Shown: positions 7,631 through 18,452, numbered from the stretch's first letter. The stretch: 19,745 nt of DNA from Myxococcota bacterium (GCA_040752415.1 JBFMGU010000200.1:1-19745), one strand, 5' to 3'. Notes: generated by a model not told the origin, from the letters alone. A program made the numbers and translations.

Positions 7631-7676
7631 GGCGGCCACGAGGGGCTGCCGCATCCAGCCATCATTTTGTTGGATA
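7631..7676. terminator. Possible hairpins between convergent genes
   Basis: GGCGGCC/GGCTGCC stem (7631-7650), then an ATCCA...TGGAT stem; no clean U-tract. Confidence 0.3.
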
Positions 7677-7699
7677 GAGCGCGCGGGTAACGCGTGGTC

Positions 7700-9067
7700 T
7701 CAGCTGTGCTGCAGCGCGGAGAGGATCATGCGCACGCGGCGAGCGAGGTCCTCGTCGACCTTGGGGTCCAGGAGCTCCGAGGCCTGGAAGAGGGCGAAGA
7801 ACGTCATCTCGTTCATGCCGTCGAACAGGGCGCGCATGGGGTCTGAGCCGCCGTGGGTGGCCGCGTTGGCAATCACCAGCGCGGGGTCCACGTCGCCTTC
7901 CATGGTGAGCTGAACGCCGTTGAAGAGCACATGATAGGCGTTCTGCGGGTCGGTGAGGAAGCCGGACATGCCCCGGCGGTACGCCTCACCCTGACCGCGC
8001 CGACGACACTCCGCGTCGATCTCCCGCAGCGCCATGCAGAACACGCCCACCACCTCGGCGAGTCGCGCGTTGGGGCCGGCGGGCTGGCTGGCGCTGGGCG
8101 GGAACACCGCGGCGGTCCCCGAGGGCGGAACCTGGCCTGCCACCGGCGCGGCGGCCACGGGTGCGGCCGGGCGGCCAGACTGCGTGGGCGCCATGGCCGT
8201 GGCGCTCACCGCGCCGCTGGAAAGCAGGTTGTAGACGATCTTGGTGGTCTCGAACTCGCTGCGCTGCAGGCGCGAGCCCAGGTCCCGCACCGTCATGCCC
8301 GCGGAAACCGTCTGGAGCGCGGCCAGCTCGTCGGGGGAGCACTCCCGCGGCATCTTGCCGGTGGGGTGGATGAGGGTGTCGTAGGAGGGGATGCGCTGGC
8401 GGAAGAGGCTCATCTCATCCGCGCGACGCACCGCTTCCAGCATGAGCGCCTGCGTCTGCAACGGCGGTGTCTGCGGGAACTGGAAGTTGTCCGGCAGGCT
8501 GAAGACCGCGTAGCTGCCGCCGCGCCAGCTCACCACGTCGCAGATGATCTCCGTGATCTGCTGCTGGATGGCCGACCACAGCTCATGGCTGCTGAGCGCG
8601 CCGCTGGCCACCAGGTGCTGCCCCAGCTTGCGACCGGTCTGCTGCGCGGTGTTGAGCGCGTCCTGGAGCTGCTGCGCGCTGAGCTTGCCAATGCGCACCA
8701 GGAACTCACCCAGGCGGTCGCGCGGATCACTGCTGGCCACCGAGGCGATCTCTCCCTCACGCAACAGGATGGCGCGCTCCACCACGCCTCGACTCACCAC
8801 CACGCGCACGCTGCGTCGGGTCTGGGAGAACAGGCCCAGCAGGTCCAACAGGCTGATGCCGGCGATCTCCCCGAGCAGCATGGCCCGCTCCGAGCCATCC
8901 ACGCCGGCGTTCTCCGGGCCTTCCCACTGGCTGAGGAGCAGGATGTTGGTGGCGGAGGGCATGAGGACCCAGCGCCCGGCGCGTCGGGCCAGTGCCGCCC
9001 GGGCTTGTGCCGTGGGCGCCACCAGCGTTCCCTGCTGCGAGACATCCACAAAGAGCCGCTCAGCCAT
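7700..9067 (-). CDS. DUF4388 (PATAN-like) domain protein
   Basis: LLGEIAGISLLDLLGLFSQTRRS...ILLREGEIASVASSDPRDRLGEFLVRIGKLS...KLGQHLV...WRGGSYAV...LMLEAVRRADE, typical of deltaproteobacterial DUF4388 proteins. Confidence 0.75.
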   Translation of the reverse strand: MAERLFVDVSQQGTLVAPTAQARAALARRAGRWVLMPSATNILLLSQWEGPENAGVDGSERAMLLGEIAGISLLDLLGLFSQTRRSVRVVVSRGVVERAILLREGEIASVASSDPRDRLGEFLVRIGKLSAQQLQDALNTAQQTGRKLGQHLVASGALSSHELWSAIQQQITEIICDVVSWRGGSYAVFSLPDNFQFPQTPPLQTQALMLEAVRRADEMSLFRQRIPSYDTLIHPTGKMPRECSPDELAALQTVSAGMTVRDLGSRLQRSEFETTKIVYNLLSSGAVSATAMAPTQSGRPAAPVAAAPVAGQVPPSGTAAVFPPSASQPAGPNARLAEVVGVFCMALREIDAECRRRGQGEAYRRGMSGFLTDPQNAYHVLFNGVQLTMEGDVDPALVIANAATHGGSDPMRALFDGMNEMTFFALFQASELLDPKVDEDLARRVRMILSALQHS

Positions 9068-9161
9068 GACAGTACTGGCTCTTACCGCGTCAATGGGCGG
9101 ACAGGCCAGAAAGCGGAGGCTGCGCTACAACGGCGCGCCCTCTCCAGTGGAAGGAAGTCCC

Positions 9162-10214
9162 TTGGGTTGGTGCTCTCGCCAGGGTCTCACGCGTCGCACG
9201 CTGCTTGCCGCCGCGGTTACGCCCGTGGTTGCCCGCGCGCTGCCCCCTCGAGGGGCGCAGGCCGCCCAGACGTCCGCCGACGTGCTGGAGACCAGCCAGG
9301 TCCACCTGGGGACAAACGTTTCCCTGCGCGTGCTTCCCGCCGCCGGGCAGCCGCGGGAGGTCGTCCACAACGCCATGGCGGCCGCGTGGGCGGAGTTTGA
9401 GCGGGTGGGGCGGCTCACCAGCGCCACCGGCTCGGACTCCGACGTGGCGCGCATCAACGCCGCCGCCGGCAGCGCGAGCGTGGTGGTGAGCGCGGAGGTG
9501 TTTGCGCTGGTGCAGCGGTGCCTGGAGTTCAGCGCGTACAGCGGCGGCGTCTTTGACGTGACCTACGCGGCCCTGAGCGGCCTGTGGCGCTTTGAAGGGG
9601 ACCAGCCCACCGCCCCGCCCGACCCGCGCGAGGTCAAGCGGCTGCGCGCGCTCATCGACTACCGCCGCGTGGTGATGGACCCGGCGCGCAGCGCCATCAT
9701 GTTGCCCTCCGCGGGCATGCGGCTGGGGCTGGGCGGGGTGGCGCGCGGGTACGCCGTGGATTGCGCGGCGCGCGTGCTCACTGGCACGGGCGTGCAGGCG
9801 TTCGTGATCCGCGCGGGCGGGGTGACGTTGGGGGAAGGTCGGTTTCCGTGGGCGCCGCTGCGCATGGCCGTGCCCGACCCGCGCGTGCCCGCACGTCCCC
9901 TGGCCAGCGTGGAGATCAAGGACGGCGCGCTGGCGTGGGTGGGGGATCACGAGCGGTTCTTCGTCGTGGGCGGGAAGCGGTACCACCACATCATCGACCC
10001 GCGGACGGGCTATCCCGCCGGCGCCAGTCGACTGGCCGCGGTGCTGGCCAAGAGCGCCGTCGACGCGGATTGGCTCACCAAGGCCGTCTTCATCCTGGGA
10101 CTCAAGGACGGAGAGCAGGTCCTGCAGCGCGTGGGGGCGCAGGCGCTGGTGATGACGACGGAGGGGAAGGTGGAGATGACGGAGGGGATGCGGCGCCGCA
10201 CGGAGCTGTTGTGA
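9162..10214 (+). CDS. apbE: ApbE-family FAD:protein FMN transferase with Tat signal (start uncertain: TTG 9162, GTG 9147 or ATG 9093)
   Basis: SDVARINAAAG, SGGVFDVT, LGLGGVARGYAVD, GKRYHHIIDPRTGYP, ADWL; twin-arginine signal TRRTLL with an AQA cleavage site; GGAAGGA precedes TTG 9162. Confidence 0.85.
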   Translation: MGWCSRQGLTRRTLLAAAVTPVVARALPPRGAQAAQTSADVLETSQVHLGTNVSLRVLPAAGQPREVVHNAMAAAWAEFERVGRLTSATGSDSDVARINAAAGSASVVVSAEVFALVQRCLEFSAYSGGVFDVTYAALSGLWRFEGDQPTAPPDPREVKRLRALIDYRRVVMDPARSAIMLPSAGMRLGLGGVARGYAVDCAARVLTGTGVQAFVIRAGGVTLGEGRFPWAPLRMAVPDPRVPARPLASVEIKDGALAWVGDHERFFVVGGKRYHHIIDPRTGYPAGASRLAAVLAKSAVDADWLTKAVFILGLKDGEQVLQRVGAQALVMTTEGKVEMTEGMRRRTELL

Positions 10215-10226
10215 GGCGCGTCTCCG

Positions 10227-11252
10227 TCACTGCAGCTCGTCGGGGTTGCGCGGGCTGACCAGGTCAATGCGACGACGGGACATCACGAACTCCAGACGGT
10301 CGCGGTGGCCCTTGGCGTCGCCGGCGATCTGGAAGGGCAGGGCGCTCTCTCCCTCGACCACGATGTCCTCGACGTGGAAGTCGTAGACCTCGGGGTCGCG
10401 GTACTCGCCGCGCCAGATGGCGGGGAGGTTGCGCAGGATGGTCCACGGGCTGGTGGCCACCACCCGCAGCTGCATCATTCCCGGCACGTCCTGGGCAAAC
10501 GGGAAGATGCGGAAGTTGAAGCCGTAGAACGGCACCGTGCCCACGCTCACCATGGCCGCGGGGCCCTCGTACAGGACGCTGCCGGCGGGGATCTCGCGCA
10601 TGGCGTCGCCGGCGTTGGGGTCGCGGAAGATGGCCTTGCCACGCGTGGTGATGCGCACCTTGGGCGGGCCCTTCTCACTGAGCTTGCGCGGGAGCGTGCG
10701 GCTGAACAGCGCCGTGAAGTAGCCAAGCACGCTGTGCATGAGGTCGTCCACGACGGGACCCCGCATGTGCTCCTTCACCCAGTTGTAGTCGTTGAGGATC
10801 TCCCCGTCGTAGCCGATGCCGGCGAAGGGGAAGTCCAGGCCGTCCTGCGGCGAGTGGATCAGCTCCAGCGGCACCGTGGGCAGCCGGGGCTCCGACATCA
10901 GCTTCAGCAGGTCATCCTCGGGCTTTTCCGCGCCCAGGATGGCCGCCACCGCGTTGCCCGTGCCCAGCTTCAGGACGCCCACCTGCGGGTAGGGGCCGCC
11001 GGGCTTCACCGCGTCGCGCAGTGCGCAGATGCTGTTGAGGACCTGGACCAGCGTGCCGTCGCCGCCGCCGCTGAGCACGCGGTCATACCCGCGCTCCACC
11101 ACCGTCCGCGCCACCCGCTCCGCATCCTCCAGCGACCGGCTCACGTAGACATGGTCCGCTTCACAGAGCTGCGCGAGCTGTCGCGCCTTGCGGGCGGTGA
11201 CGTGCTTGGCGTTGGCGTTCAGGATCAAGGCTGTGCGAGCCGCTTCGGCCAT
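10227..11252 (-). CDS. Diacylglycerol kinase family (DAGK/YegS-like) lipid kinase
   Basis: ILNANA, GGGDGTL, LKLGTGNAVA, FAGIGYDG, FQIAGD; ATG at 11252 with AGGAG SD upstream on the minus strand. Confidence 0.85.
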   Translation of the reverse strand: MAEAARTALILNANAKHVTARKARQLAQLCEADHVYVSRSLEDAERVARTVVERGYDRVLSGGGDGTLVQVLNSICALRDAVKPGGPYPQVGVLKLGTGNAVAAILGAEKPEDDLLKLMSEPRLPTVPLELIHSPQDGLDFPFAGIGYDGEILNDYNWVKEHMRGPVVDDLMHSVLGYFTALFSRTLPRKLSEKGPPKVRITTRGKAIFRDPNAGDAMREIPAGSVLYEGPAAMVSVGTVPFYGFNFRIFPFAQDVPGMMQLRVVATSPWTILRNLPAIWRGEYRDPEVYDFHVEDIVVEGESALPFQIAGDAKGHRDRLEFVMSRRRIDLVSPRNPDELQ

Positions 11253-11461
11253 GGCTGGTGCTCCTGACGGGGCAGGGGAATCCGCTGCCACCGGGCCCAG
11301 AAGCAAGGGTCGAGCCGGTCATTCACGCTGCGGTGAATTCTTGAGAATCTCCTGATAATTCAGTTGCTTGCGCGACAATCGCCTGGGCTTGAGCATGCCC
11401 GCGGTGCCACCCTCCCCACGCACTCTCCAAGGGGTTGGTGCCACGCGCCTTTCGCACCGCG

Positions 11462-13543
11462 TCATCCGCCGGCGCGACGTTCCAACACGGCGGGGATGAT
11501 GTTCTCGCCCTTGATGGTGAAGACGTGGAGGGGCGTGACGCTGCTGCCTTGCGCGTCAAAGCTCGTGACGCCGGTGACGCCGGTGAAGTCCTTCACGCCG
11601 GACAGGCGGTCGCGGAACTCGGTGCGGGTCTGCGGATTGGTGGCGTAGATGAGCCCCAGGATGCGGCCCGCGTCGTACGCTTGAGCCTCGCGCAGCTCGG
11701 GTTTGCTGCCGGTGGCCGCCACGTAGGCCTTGATGAACGCTTCCGTCTCCGGGCGGCCATCCTGCGGGTTGAATCCGTCGACGAACAGCGCACCCTGCAC
11801 GTACTTGCCGCCGCGCGTGGGCAGGCTCCTGTCGTTGAAGCCGTTGGTGCCCAGCAGCTGCACCCGACGTGCATTGGCGCGTCCGGTGGTCTGCTTGAAC
11901 TGGCGGAACGCGCGCTCGTCGTTGCCCACGAACACGTCCTCGAAAGCGAGCGCGGGAGCAATGAGCCCGACGGGACCGTGGTAGTCGGCAATGAAGATGG
12001 CGTCGAAGTCCACGACGGGCGTGACGGTGTCCTTGCACTGCTCCTCCGCCTTCTGCCGCTTGTACGCCTGCTCAATCTCCTTCGCCTTGGCCTTGCAGAC
12101 GATGTACTCGCCGCGTGCCTCCAGGTAGTGCCGGCCCACCAGCTTGCGCACCGGGACGGTGAAGGTGGTCTCGTCGTGGTCGTAGGTTTCCGCGCCGGCG
12201 ATCTGGCCGCCCAGGCTCTCGAAGGTGTCCCAGAACGCGTTGATGAGGGACACGCCCTTGGGAAGGCGCGGATAGAGCAGGGCCACGCGCTTGAAGCCCA
12301 GGATCTCCGCCGCCAGGCGGGCCACGGCGCGCGCCTGTTTCTCGTCGGTGAGGCCGAAGTGGAAGGTGTACGGGCCCATCTCCGCCAGCCCCTCGCGACG
12401 CGCCATGGTCATCAGCGGAACCCGCGCCGCTTCCGCGCGGATGGCGGCGTCCTTGGAGCCCTGCACGGTGATGGCGCCGACGACGGCCATCACGCGGTCC
12501 TGCTGCACCAGCTCATCCACGGCCTTGGCGGCGTCCTCCGGCTCACCCCGGTCATCCTTCACCACAACTTCCACGGGCGCGGGCGGCGGCGTGGTCTGCC
12601 CCTTGGCAATGGCCTCGGCCATGGCGGCGTCCAGGCCCAGCTTCAGCGCGGTGAGCATGCGGTTGCCGGCCTGCTCGTACTTGCCGCTCATGGGCAGCAC
12701 CACGCCCAGCTTCCGCGTGGCGACGAGCGAACGCTGGTCGATGGCCGTGATGGCCACCTGCGCGAGGGGCGCGTACGGACTCTGCGGATCCGCAGCGAGG
12801 AACGCCTGGAAGGCTTCCTTGGCGCGCGCGTCGTCGCCGAGGTGGAGGTAGATGCGGGCGAGCTTCAGCGTCAGCAGGGTGTGGGCGTAGCTGCCGGCGG
12901 GCAGGGTCTCGCGGAGGGCCAGCACGTCGGTGGCGGCCAGGTTGCCGTCGATGATCTCGAGCAGCTGCGCGCGCAGGGCCTCCTTCTGCTCGGGAGTCGT
13001 GGCGGTGGTCTCCGCCTCGGCCAGGAAGGCCACGGCGCCCGCGTTCTCACCAGCATTGGCCAACGTGGCGCCCAGCTCCTTGGCCGCGCGCGTGCGCTCC
13101 TCTCCCGGCGGCAGCTGCTGGTAGGCGCTGCGCATGGCGCTGATGCCCTCGTTGGTGCGTCCCTCCTGCAGGTCCATGCTGGCGAGCAGCAGCTTGGCCT
13201 TCTTGGCCGCGGGGTGGGTGGGATGACGCAGGGCCAGCTCCTCCAGGCTGCGTCGGGCCGCCTCCCGCTGCTGCAGGCGCGTGGCGAGCGCGGCGTGGGC
13301 CAGGAGCGCGTCGGGGGCTTCCACGGCGTTGGGCGTCTGCGTGAACACCGCGCTGTAGAGCGCCAGCGCCTCCGTCAGGCGACCCTCGCGCTCCGCGGTG
13401 ATGGCGGCGTCCATGGTCTGCGCGGCACTGGTGCCACCTTGCTGCGGACCTGGCGCAGCCTTCTGCTGGCTGCCCCCGCCGGAGCATGCTGGGCCAACGC
13501 AGGACAGCGCACAGAGCAGGAACAAGTGACCATGCCAAGCCAT
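11462..13543 (-). CDS. LpoA/LppC-like lipoprotein: TPR-like helical N-terminus plus type-1 periplasmic-binding-protein fold (PBP activator family)
   Basis: Signal peptide with candidate lipobox Cys (ALSC or GPAC); helical repeats; KLGVVLPMSGKY..AG; KDDRGEP; AQAYDAGRIL; FTGVTGVTSFDAQG. Confidence 0.75.
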   Translation of the reverse strand: MAWHGHLFLLCALSCVGPACSGGGSQQKAAPGPQQGGTSAAQTMDAAITAEREGRLTEALALYSAVFTQTPNAVEAPDALLAHAALATRLQQREAARRSLEELALRHPTHPAAKKAKLLLASMDLQEGRTNEGISAMRSAYQQLPPGEERTRAAKELGATLANAGENAGAVAFLAEAETTATTPEQKEALRAQLLEIIDGNLAATDVLALRETLPAGSYAHTLLTLKLARIYLHLGDDARAKEAFQAFLAADPQSPYAPLAQVAITAIDQRSLVATRKLGVVLPMSGKYEQAGNRMLTALKLGLDAAMAEAIAKGQTTPPPAPVEVVVKDDRGEPEDAAKAVDELVQQDRVMAVVGAITVQGSKDAAIRAEAARVPLMTMARREGLAEMGPYTFHFGLTDEKQARAVARLAAEILGFKRVALLYPRLPKGVSLINAFWDTFESLGGQIAGAETYDHDETTFTVPVRKLVGRHYLEARGEYIVCKAKAKEIEQAYKRQKAEEQCKDTVTPVVDFDAIFIADYHGPVGLIAPALAFEDVFVGNDERAFRQFKQTTGRANARRVQLLGTNGFNDRSLPTRGGKYVQGALFVDGFNPQDGRPETEAFIKAYVAATGSKPELREAQAYDAGRILGLIYATNPQTRTEFRDRLSGVKDFTGVTGVTSFDAQGSSVTPLHVFTIKGENIIPAVLERRAGG

Positions 13544-13594
13544 GGGGTACTCCCGGGAGATGAGCCCCGGCCACGCCGAGGATGAGCCGCCTTT

Positions 13595-13966
13595 ATGAAG
13601 CGCTTGCTGTTCATGTCAAACCAACGGCTGGCGGCCTGCGCTTCCCTGCTCGTGGCCGTGGGCGCCCTCACGACGTGCGCCAGCGGCTCCAGAACGGTTC
13701 CGTCGCGGCCCACGCTTTCCCGCCAGGCCGGGCCGGTGACCCTGCACCAGCGTGGCGACGAGGCGCTCCTGGTGTGGACGGGACCCATGCAGGGACGCCC
13801 CGAGGAGCACGCGGGTGCGCTGGCGGCGTACGCGGAGGCGTTGGGCTGTCGGACGTTGGGGCCGCCGCGGGTGATTGCCTGGGAGGGGCGGCAGTGCCTG
13901 GCGGTGCCCGTGGTCCTCCGAACATCCGATGAGGGGGGGATGTGTTCCGCGGTGGGCGCGCGCTAA
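13595..13966 (+). CDS. Small hypothetical exported protein or lipoprotein (start could be ATG 13613)
   Basis: Hydrophobic N-terminus ending LTTC; ends 10 nt before the next gene; fills the gap between divergent genes. Confidence 0.5.
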   Translation: MKRLLFMSNQRLAACASLLVAVGALTTCASGSRTVPSRPTLSRQAGPVTLHQRGDEALLVWTGPMQGRPEEHAGALAAYAEALGCRTLGPPRVIAWEGRQCLAVPVVLRTSDEGGMCSAVGAR

Positions 13967-13976
13967 GCGGACCCGC

Positions 13977-15407
13977 ATGCATACGTTCAAGCGACTGACC
14001 TACGTGGCCCTGGCTTCCCTGACGCTGTTCGCCTGCGACGGCGCGAGCGTGGATGAGGACAACCAGGAAGGTGACATTGGCGGCGGGGATGATTTCGCGC
14101 GTCGGGGGGACGGCGGAGTGCGTCGCTTTGACGGCGGCGTGGGCGGTTCCACCAGCACCAGCGGCGGCACCTCCACCAGCAACGCCGGGTCCAGCGGCAG
14201 TCCCTCGACGAGCAGCACCAGCTCCACAGGCGGTCCCTCGACGAGCAGCACCAGCTCCGCAGGCGGTCCCTCGACGAGCAGCACCAGCAGCTCCGCGGGC
14301 GGTCCCTCGACGAGCAGCACCAGCTCCGCGGGCGGGCCGTCCACCAGCAGCACCAGCAGCTCCACGTCGTCCTCCACGTCCAGCAGCTCCTCGGGCGGCA
14401 CGGTCACCACGGATCCGTTTGACCTGACCACCTACTGCACGGGTCGGGCGCAGGCGCAGTGCGCGCGCAACCTCAAGTGCGACCCGTTCGGCCTGGCGCT
14501 CAACTACGACGACGAGGAGAGCTGCCGCAGCTGGAACCGCAAGGCGTGCATCAACGGCGACAACGGCGCCATTGCGTCCATCGTGGGCGTGACCACGTCA
14601 TTCAGCCAGGCCAACTTCACGGCCTGCAACGCCGCGTACGAGAACCTGGCCTGCGACGAGGAGCCCGCGCTGGAGGCGTCCTGCCAGGGCGTGTTCACCG
14701 GTTCGCTGGGCGTGGGAGCGGGTTGTTGGACTGGCGTCCAATGTGCCGCGGGCAACTACTGCAACTTCCCCAATGACACCGCGGAGTGCGGCACGTGCCA
14801 GGCGCGCAAGGCGGCCAACGCGGCGTGCGCCGAGGGAGAGCTGTGCGTGACGGGCTACTTCTGCGTCAACGGCACGTGCACGCCGGCGGGAGACATCCTG
14901 GTGGCCGCGGGCCAGACCTGCGACAACACCAACGGGCCATACTGTCGCGGCGTAGCGGGCTGCAACGACAACGGAGTCTGCAGCACGGTGACGACGTTGA
15001 ACCCCGGTTCCGCCTGCAGCACCGACGACCCCTACAACGCCTGCCCGGTGACGCAGGAGTGCAAGCTGAACACCGCGGGCACGCCGCCCAATGGCACCTG
15101 CACCGCGCGCCCCACGCTGAACCAGGCGTGTGACTTCAACCAGAACGCGGTGCTTTGCACGGGCGACACGTTCTGCAGCGCGTGGGAGGAGACGGTGGCG
15201 GCGGGGACGTGCGTGGCGCGTCGGGGCGCGGGAGGCGCGTGCAGCGACGCGGAGCTCTACGGCAACCCCACCAACCCCGACGACGACTACGCCTGGATGG
15301 CCTGCGCTGCGGACCTGTACTGCTCGGACGCCCAGCTGGCCAATGACATCAGCGACAACGTCTGCGCGGAGCCGCCGCAGGGTCCGGGCGCGCCCAGCTG
15401 CCCCTGA
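13977..15407 (+). CDS. Cys-rich myxobacterial-type lipoprotein with Ser/Thr-rich linker
   Basis: MHTFKRLTYVALASLTLFAC lipoprotein signal (start 13977 rather than 13875); long S/T/G tract; many Cys-spaced modules; TGATG overlap with rsmE. Confidence 0.85.
   Translation: MHTFKRLTYVALASLTLFACDGASVDEDNQEGDIGGGDDFARRGDGGVRRFDGGVGGSTSTSGGTSTSNAGSSGSPSTSSTSSTGGPSTSSTSSAGGPSTSSTSSSAGGPSTSSTSSAGGPSTSSTSSSTSSSTSSSSSGGTVTTDPFDLTTYCTGRAQAQCARNLKCDPFGLALNYDDEESCRSWNRKACINGDNGAIASIVGVTTSFSQANFTACNAAYENLACDEEPALEASCQGVFTGSLGVGAGCWTGVQCAAGNYCNFPNDTAECGTCQARKAANAACAEGELCVTGYFCVNGTCTPAGDILVAAGQTCDNTNGPYCRGVAGCNDNGVCSTVTTLNPGSACSTDDPYNACPVTQECKLNTAGTPPNGTCTARPTLNQACDFNQNAVLCTGDTFCSAWEETVAAGTCVARRGAGGACSDAELYGNPTNPDDDYAWMACAADLYCSDAQLANDISDNVCAEPPQGPGAPSCP
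14196..14366 (+). repeat. In-frame tandem repeat, five units of 33/36 bp encoding GGPSTSSTSS(S)A
   Basis: Units 14196-14228, 14229-14261, 14262-14297, 14298-14330 and 14331-14366 (degenerate); core GTCCCTCGACGAGCAGCACCAGC. Confidence 0.9.
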
Positions 15408-16120
15408 TGTCCCGTCGTGTGCCGGTGCCGCCGGAGTTGCTCTCTTCCGGCGCGCACCCCCTCCCTCCCGACGCTGCCCACTATGTGCGTGACGTGCTGC
15501 GCCTCAAGGCCGGCGCGGAGATCACCGTGTTCGACGGGCAGGGACGTCGCGCCTCCGCGGTGCTGCGGGAGGGTGGCGTGGTGGAAGTGGGCGTGGTGAC
15601 CGCCGCGCCGCCGTTGCCCCCGCCGCGGGTGGACCTGGTCTGCGCGCTCTCCAAGGGGGAGAAGCTGGACTTCATCGTCGAGAAGGCCAGTGAGATGGGG
15701 GCGCGCAGCGTGTGGCCGGTGATCTCGACGCGCAGCGTGGTGCAGCTCTCCGGCGAGAAGGCGGTGGCGCGCGTGGAGCGCTGGGAGCGCGTGGCGGAGG
15801 CAGCGGCGCGGCAGTGCGGTCGCGACGTGGCCTTGGTGATCCAACCCGTGCGCGAGCTGCGTGACGCGTTGCCGCTGATCACCGCCCAGCACAAGCGCGT
15901 GCTCACGTTGGCGCAGCAGCCGCTCACCCGCACGCTCCCCGTCGACGCCGAGAGCGTGGCGCTGCTGACCGGGCCGGAAGGCGGGCTGGATGGGGCGGAG
16001 GTGGCCGCGGCGGCGGCGGCGGGGTTTGTGCCGGCGGGGCTGGGGGAGCTGACATTGCGTGCCGAGACCGCGCCCCTGGTGGCGCTGGCCGCGGTGCTGG
16101 CACACGCCGGCAGGATCTGA
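15407..16120 (+). CDS. rsmE: 16S rRNA m3U1498 methyltransferase RsmE
   Basis: HYVRDVLRL..G..ITVFDG; KGEKLDFIVEKASEMG; EAAARQCGR; TGPEGGL; LGELTLRAETA. Confidence 0.95.
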   Translation: MSRRVPVPPELLSSGAHPLPPDAAHYVRDVLRLKAGAEITVFDGQGRRASAVLREGGVVEVGVVTAAPPLPPPRVDLVCALSKGEKLDFIVEKASEMGARSVWPVISTRSVVQLSGEKAVARVERWERVAEAAARQCGRDVALVIQPVRELRDALPLITAQHKRVLTLAQQPLTRTLPVDAESVALLTGPEGGLDGAEVAAAAAAGFVPAGLGELTLRAETAPLVALAAVLAHAGRI

Positions 16121-16121
16121 C

Positions 16122-17483
<1,362 letters not shown>

Positions 17484-17486
<3 letters not shown>

Positions 17487-17594
17487 GACGCATGCCTCCC
17501 CTGCGGCGCGCACCACGTCAAGGGCGGGGGGACCTGGGGCCTTGGCGTGGCCGCGCTTGGCGCGGTGGCGGGTCATGGCTACGCATGCGTCATG
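17484..17594. repeat. Perfect 12-bp inverted repeat containing both divergent start codons
   Basis: CATGACGCATGC (17484-17495) and GCATGCGTCATG (17583-17594). Confidence 0.85.
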
Positions 17595-18452
17595 GATTTC
17601 TTTGCGCGCCGCCAGACGGTGCTGCTGGACGGCGCCCTGGGCACCGCGCTGATGGACCGGGGACTCCCGCAGGGTGTGCCGCCGGAGCTGTGGGTGCTGC
17701 AGCGGCCTGACGTTGTCACGGAGGTCCACGCGGAGCACGTGGCGGCGGGCGCGCAGGCGGTCCTGACCTGCACGCTGAACGCGCACCCCGGGAGCCTCCG
17801 TCCCCAAGGCCTTCACACGTTCTGCGGGGAGATCCGCCGTCAGGCCGTGGCCTGCGCGCGGCGCGCGGGTCCGTCCGTCGTGCTGGGCGTGGTGGGACCG
17901 CTGACGCCGGGGACACCCGCGCGTGTGGTGGAGGCCCTGGCGGAGGCCGCGGCATACGACCTGGCCCACGCCGGCGTGGACGCGCTGGTGCTGGAGACGG
18001 TGACCAACCTGGAAGAAGGGGCGGCCCGGGTCCGAGGCGCCTTGAGCACGGGGCTGCCCGTGGTGGTCACGGTGGTGCCGGGGACGCCCGCGGCGCGCGA
18101 CGGAGCGGTGGCGGCGGAAGCGCTGCTGGCGGCGGGAGCCCGGGTGGTGGGCGTCAATTGCGCCGTGCCCGCGGAGTGCGCGCCGGTGCTGGCGGCCATG
18201 CGTCGCGCGGGGGCCACGCGGTTGTGGGCCAAGCCGAGCGCGGGATTGCCGGGAGCGCTGTTGGATCCGCGCGCGTTCGCCGAGCAGACAGCGGCGCTGC
18301 TGGAGCATGGCGTGGGATGGGTGGGGGGGTGCTGCGGTGCGTCGACGGCTCACCTGGCCGCGCTGTCACAAACGCTGCTCTCCCAGGGCGGGTTGTCCAG
18401 CGGGGAGGCGGATTCCCCCGCGGGCGCGGGGCAGGAGTGGCAGCGGGGGTAG
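17592..18452 (+). CDS. Stand-alone homocysteine S-methyltransferase family protein
   Basis: [28 protein letters not shown]; Zn-ligand motifs GVNC and GGCCG; KPSAG (usually PNAG). Confidence 0.85.
   Translation: MDFFARRQTVLLDGALGTALMDRGLPQGVPPELWVLQRPDVVTEVHAEHVAAGAQAVLTCTLNAHPGSLRPQGLHTFCGEIRRQAVACARRAGPSVVLGVVGPLTPGTPARVVEALAEAAAYDLAHAGVDALVLETVTNLEEGAARVRGALSTGLPVVVTVVPGTPAARDGAVAAEALLAAGARVVGVNCAVPAECAPVLAAMRRAGATRLWAKPSAGLPGALLDPRAFAEQTAALLEHGVGWVGGCCGASTAHLAALSQTLLSQGGLSSGEADSPAGAGQEWQRG

Noticed and set aside
8544..9161. N-terminal extension of ApbE in the ORF track
   Set aside because: Mostly overlaps the DUF4388 gene in antisense; the Tat signal places the start near 9093-9162
11435..13585. 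716-aa plus-strand ORF, and similar ones at 7853-9400, 10305-11267 and 5435-6685
   Set aside because: Mirror frames of well-supported genes on the opposite strand
14196..14366. Possible CRISPR array
   Set aside because: Repeats are contiguous without unique spacers, in frame within a CDS, and no cas genes are present
17496..17582. sigma54 -24/-12 promoter beside the activator gene
   Set aside because: The TGGC elements present lack a correctly spaced GC (GG-N10-GC) match
18431..18445. Heme-binding motif in the small lipoprotein (RCHSC)
   Set aside because: It is CxxC followed by Pro, not CxxCH
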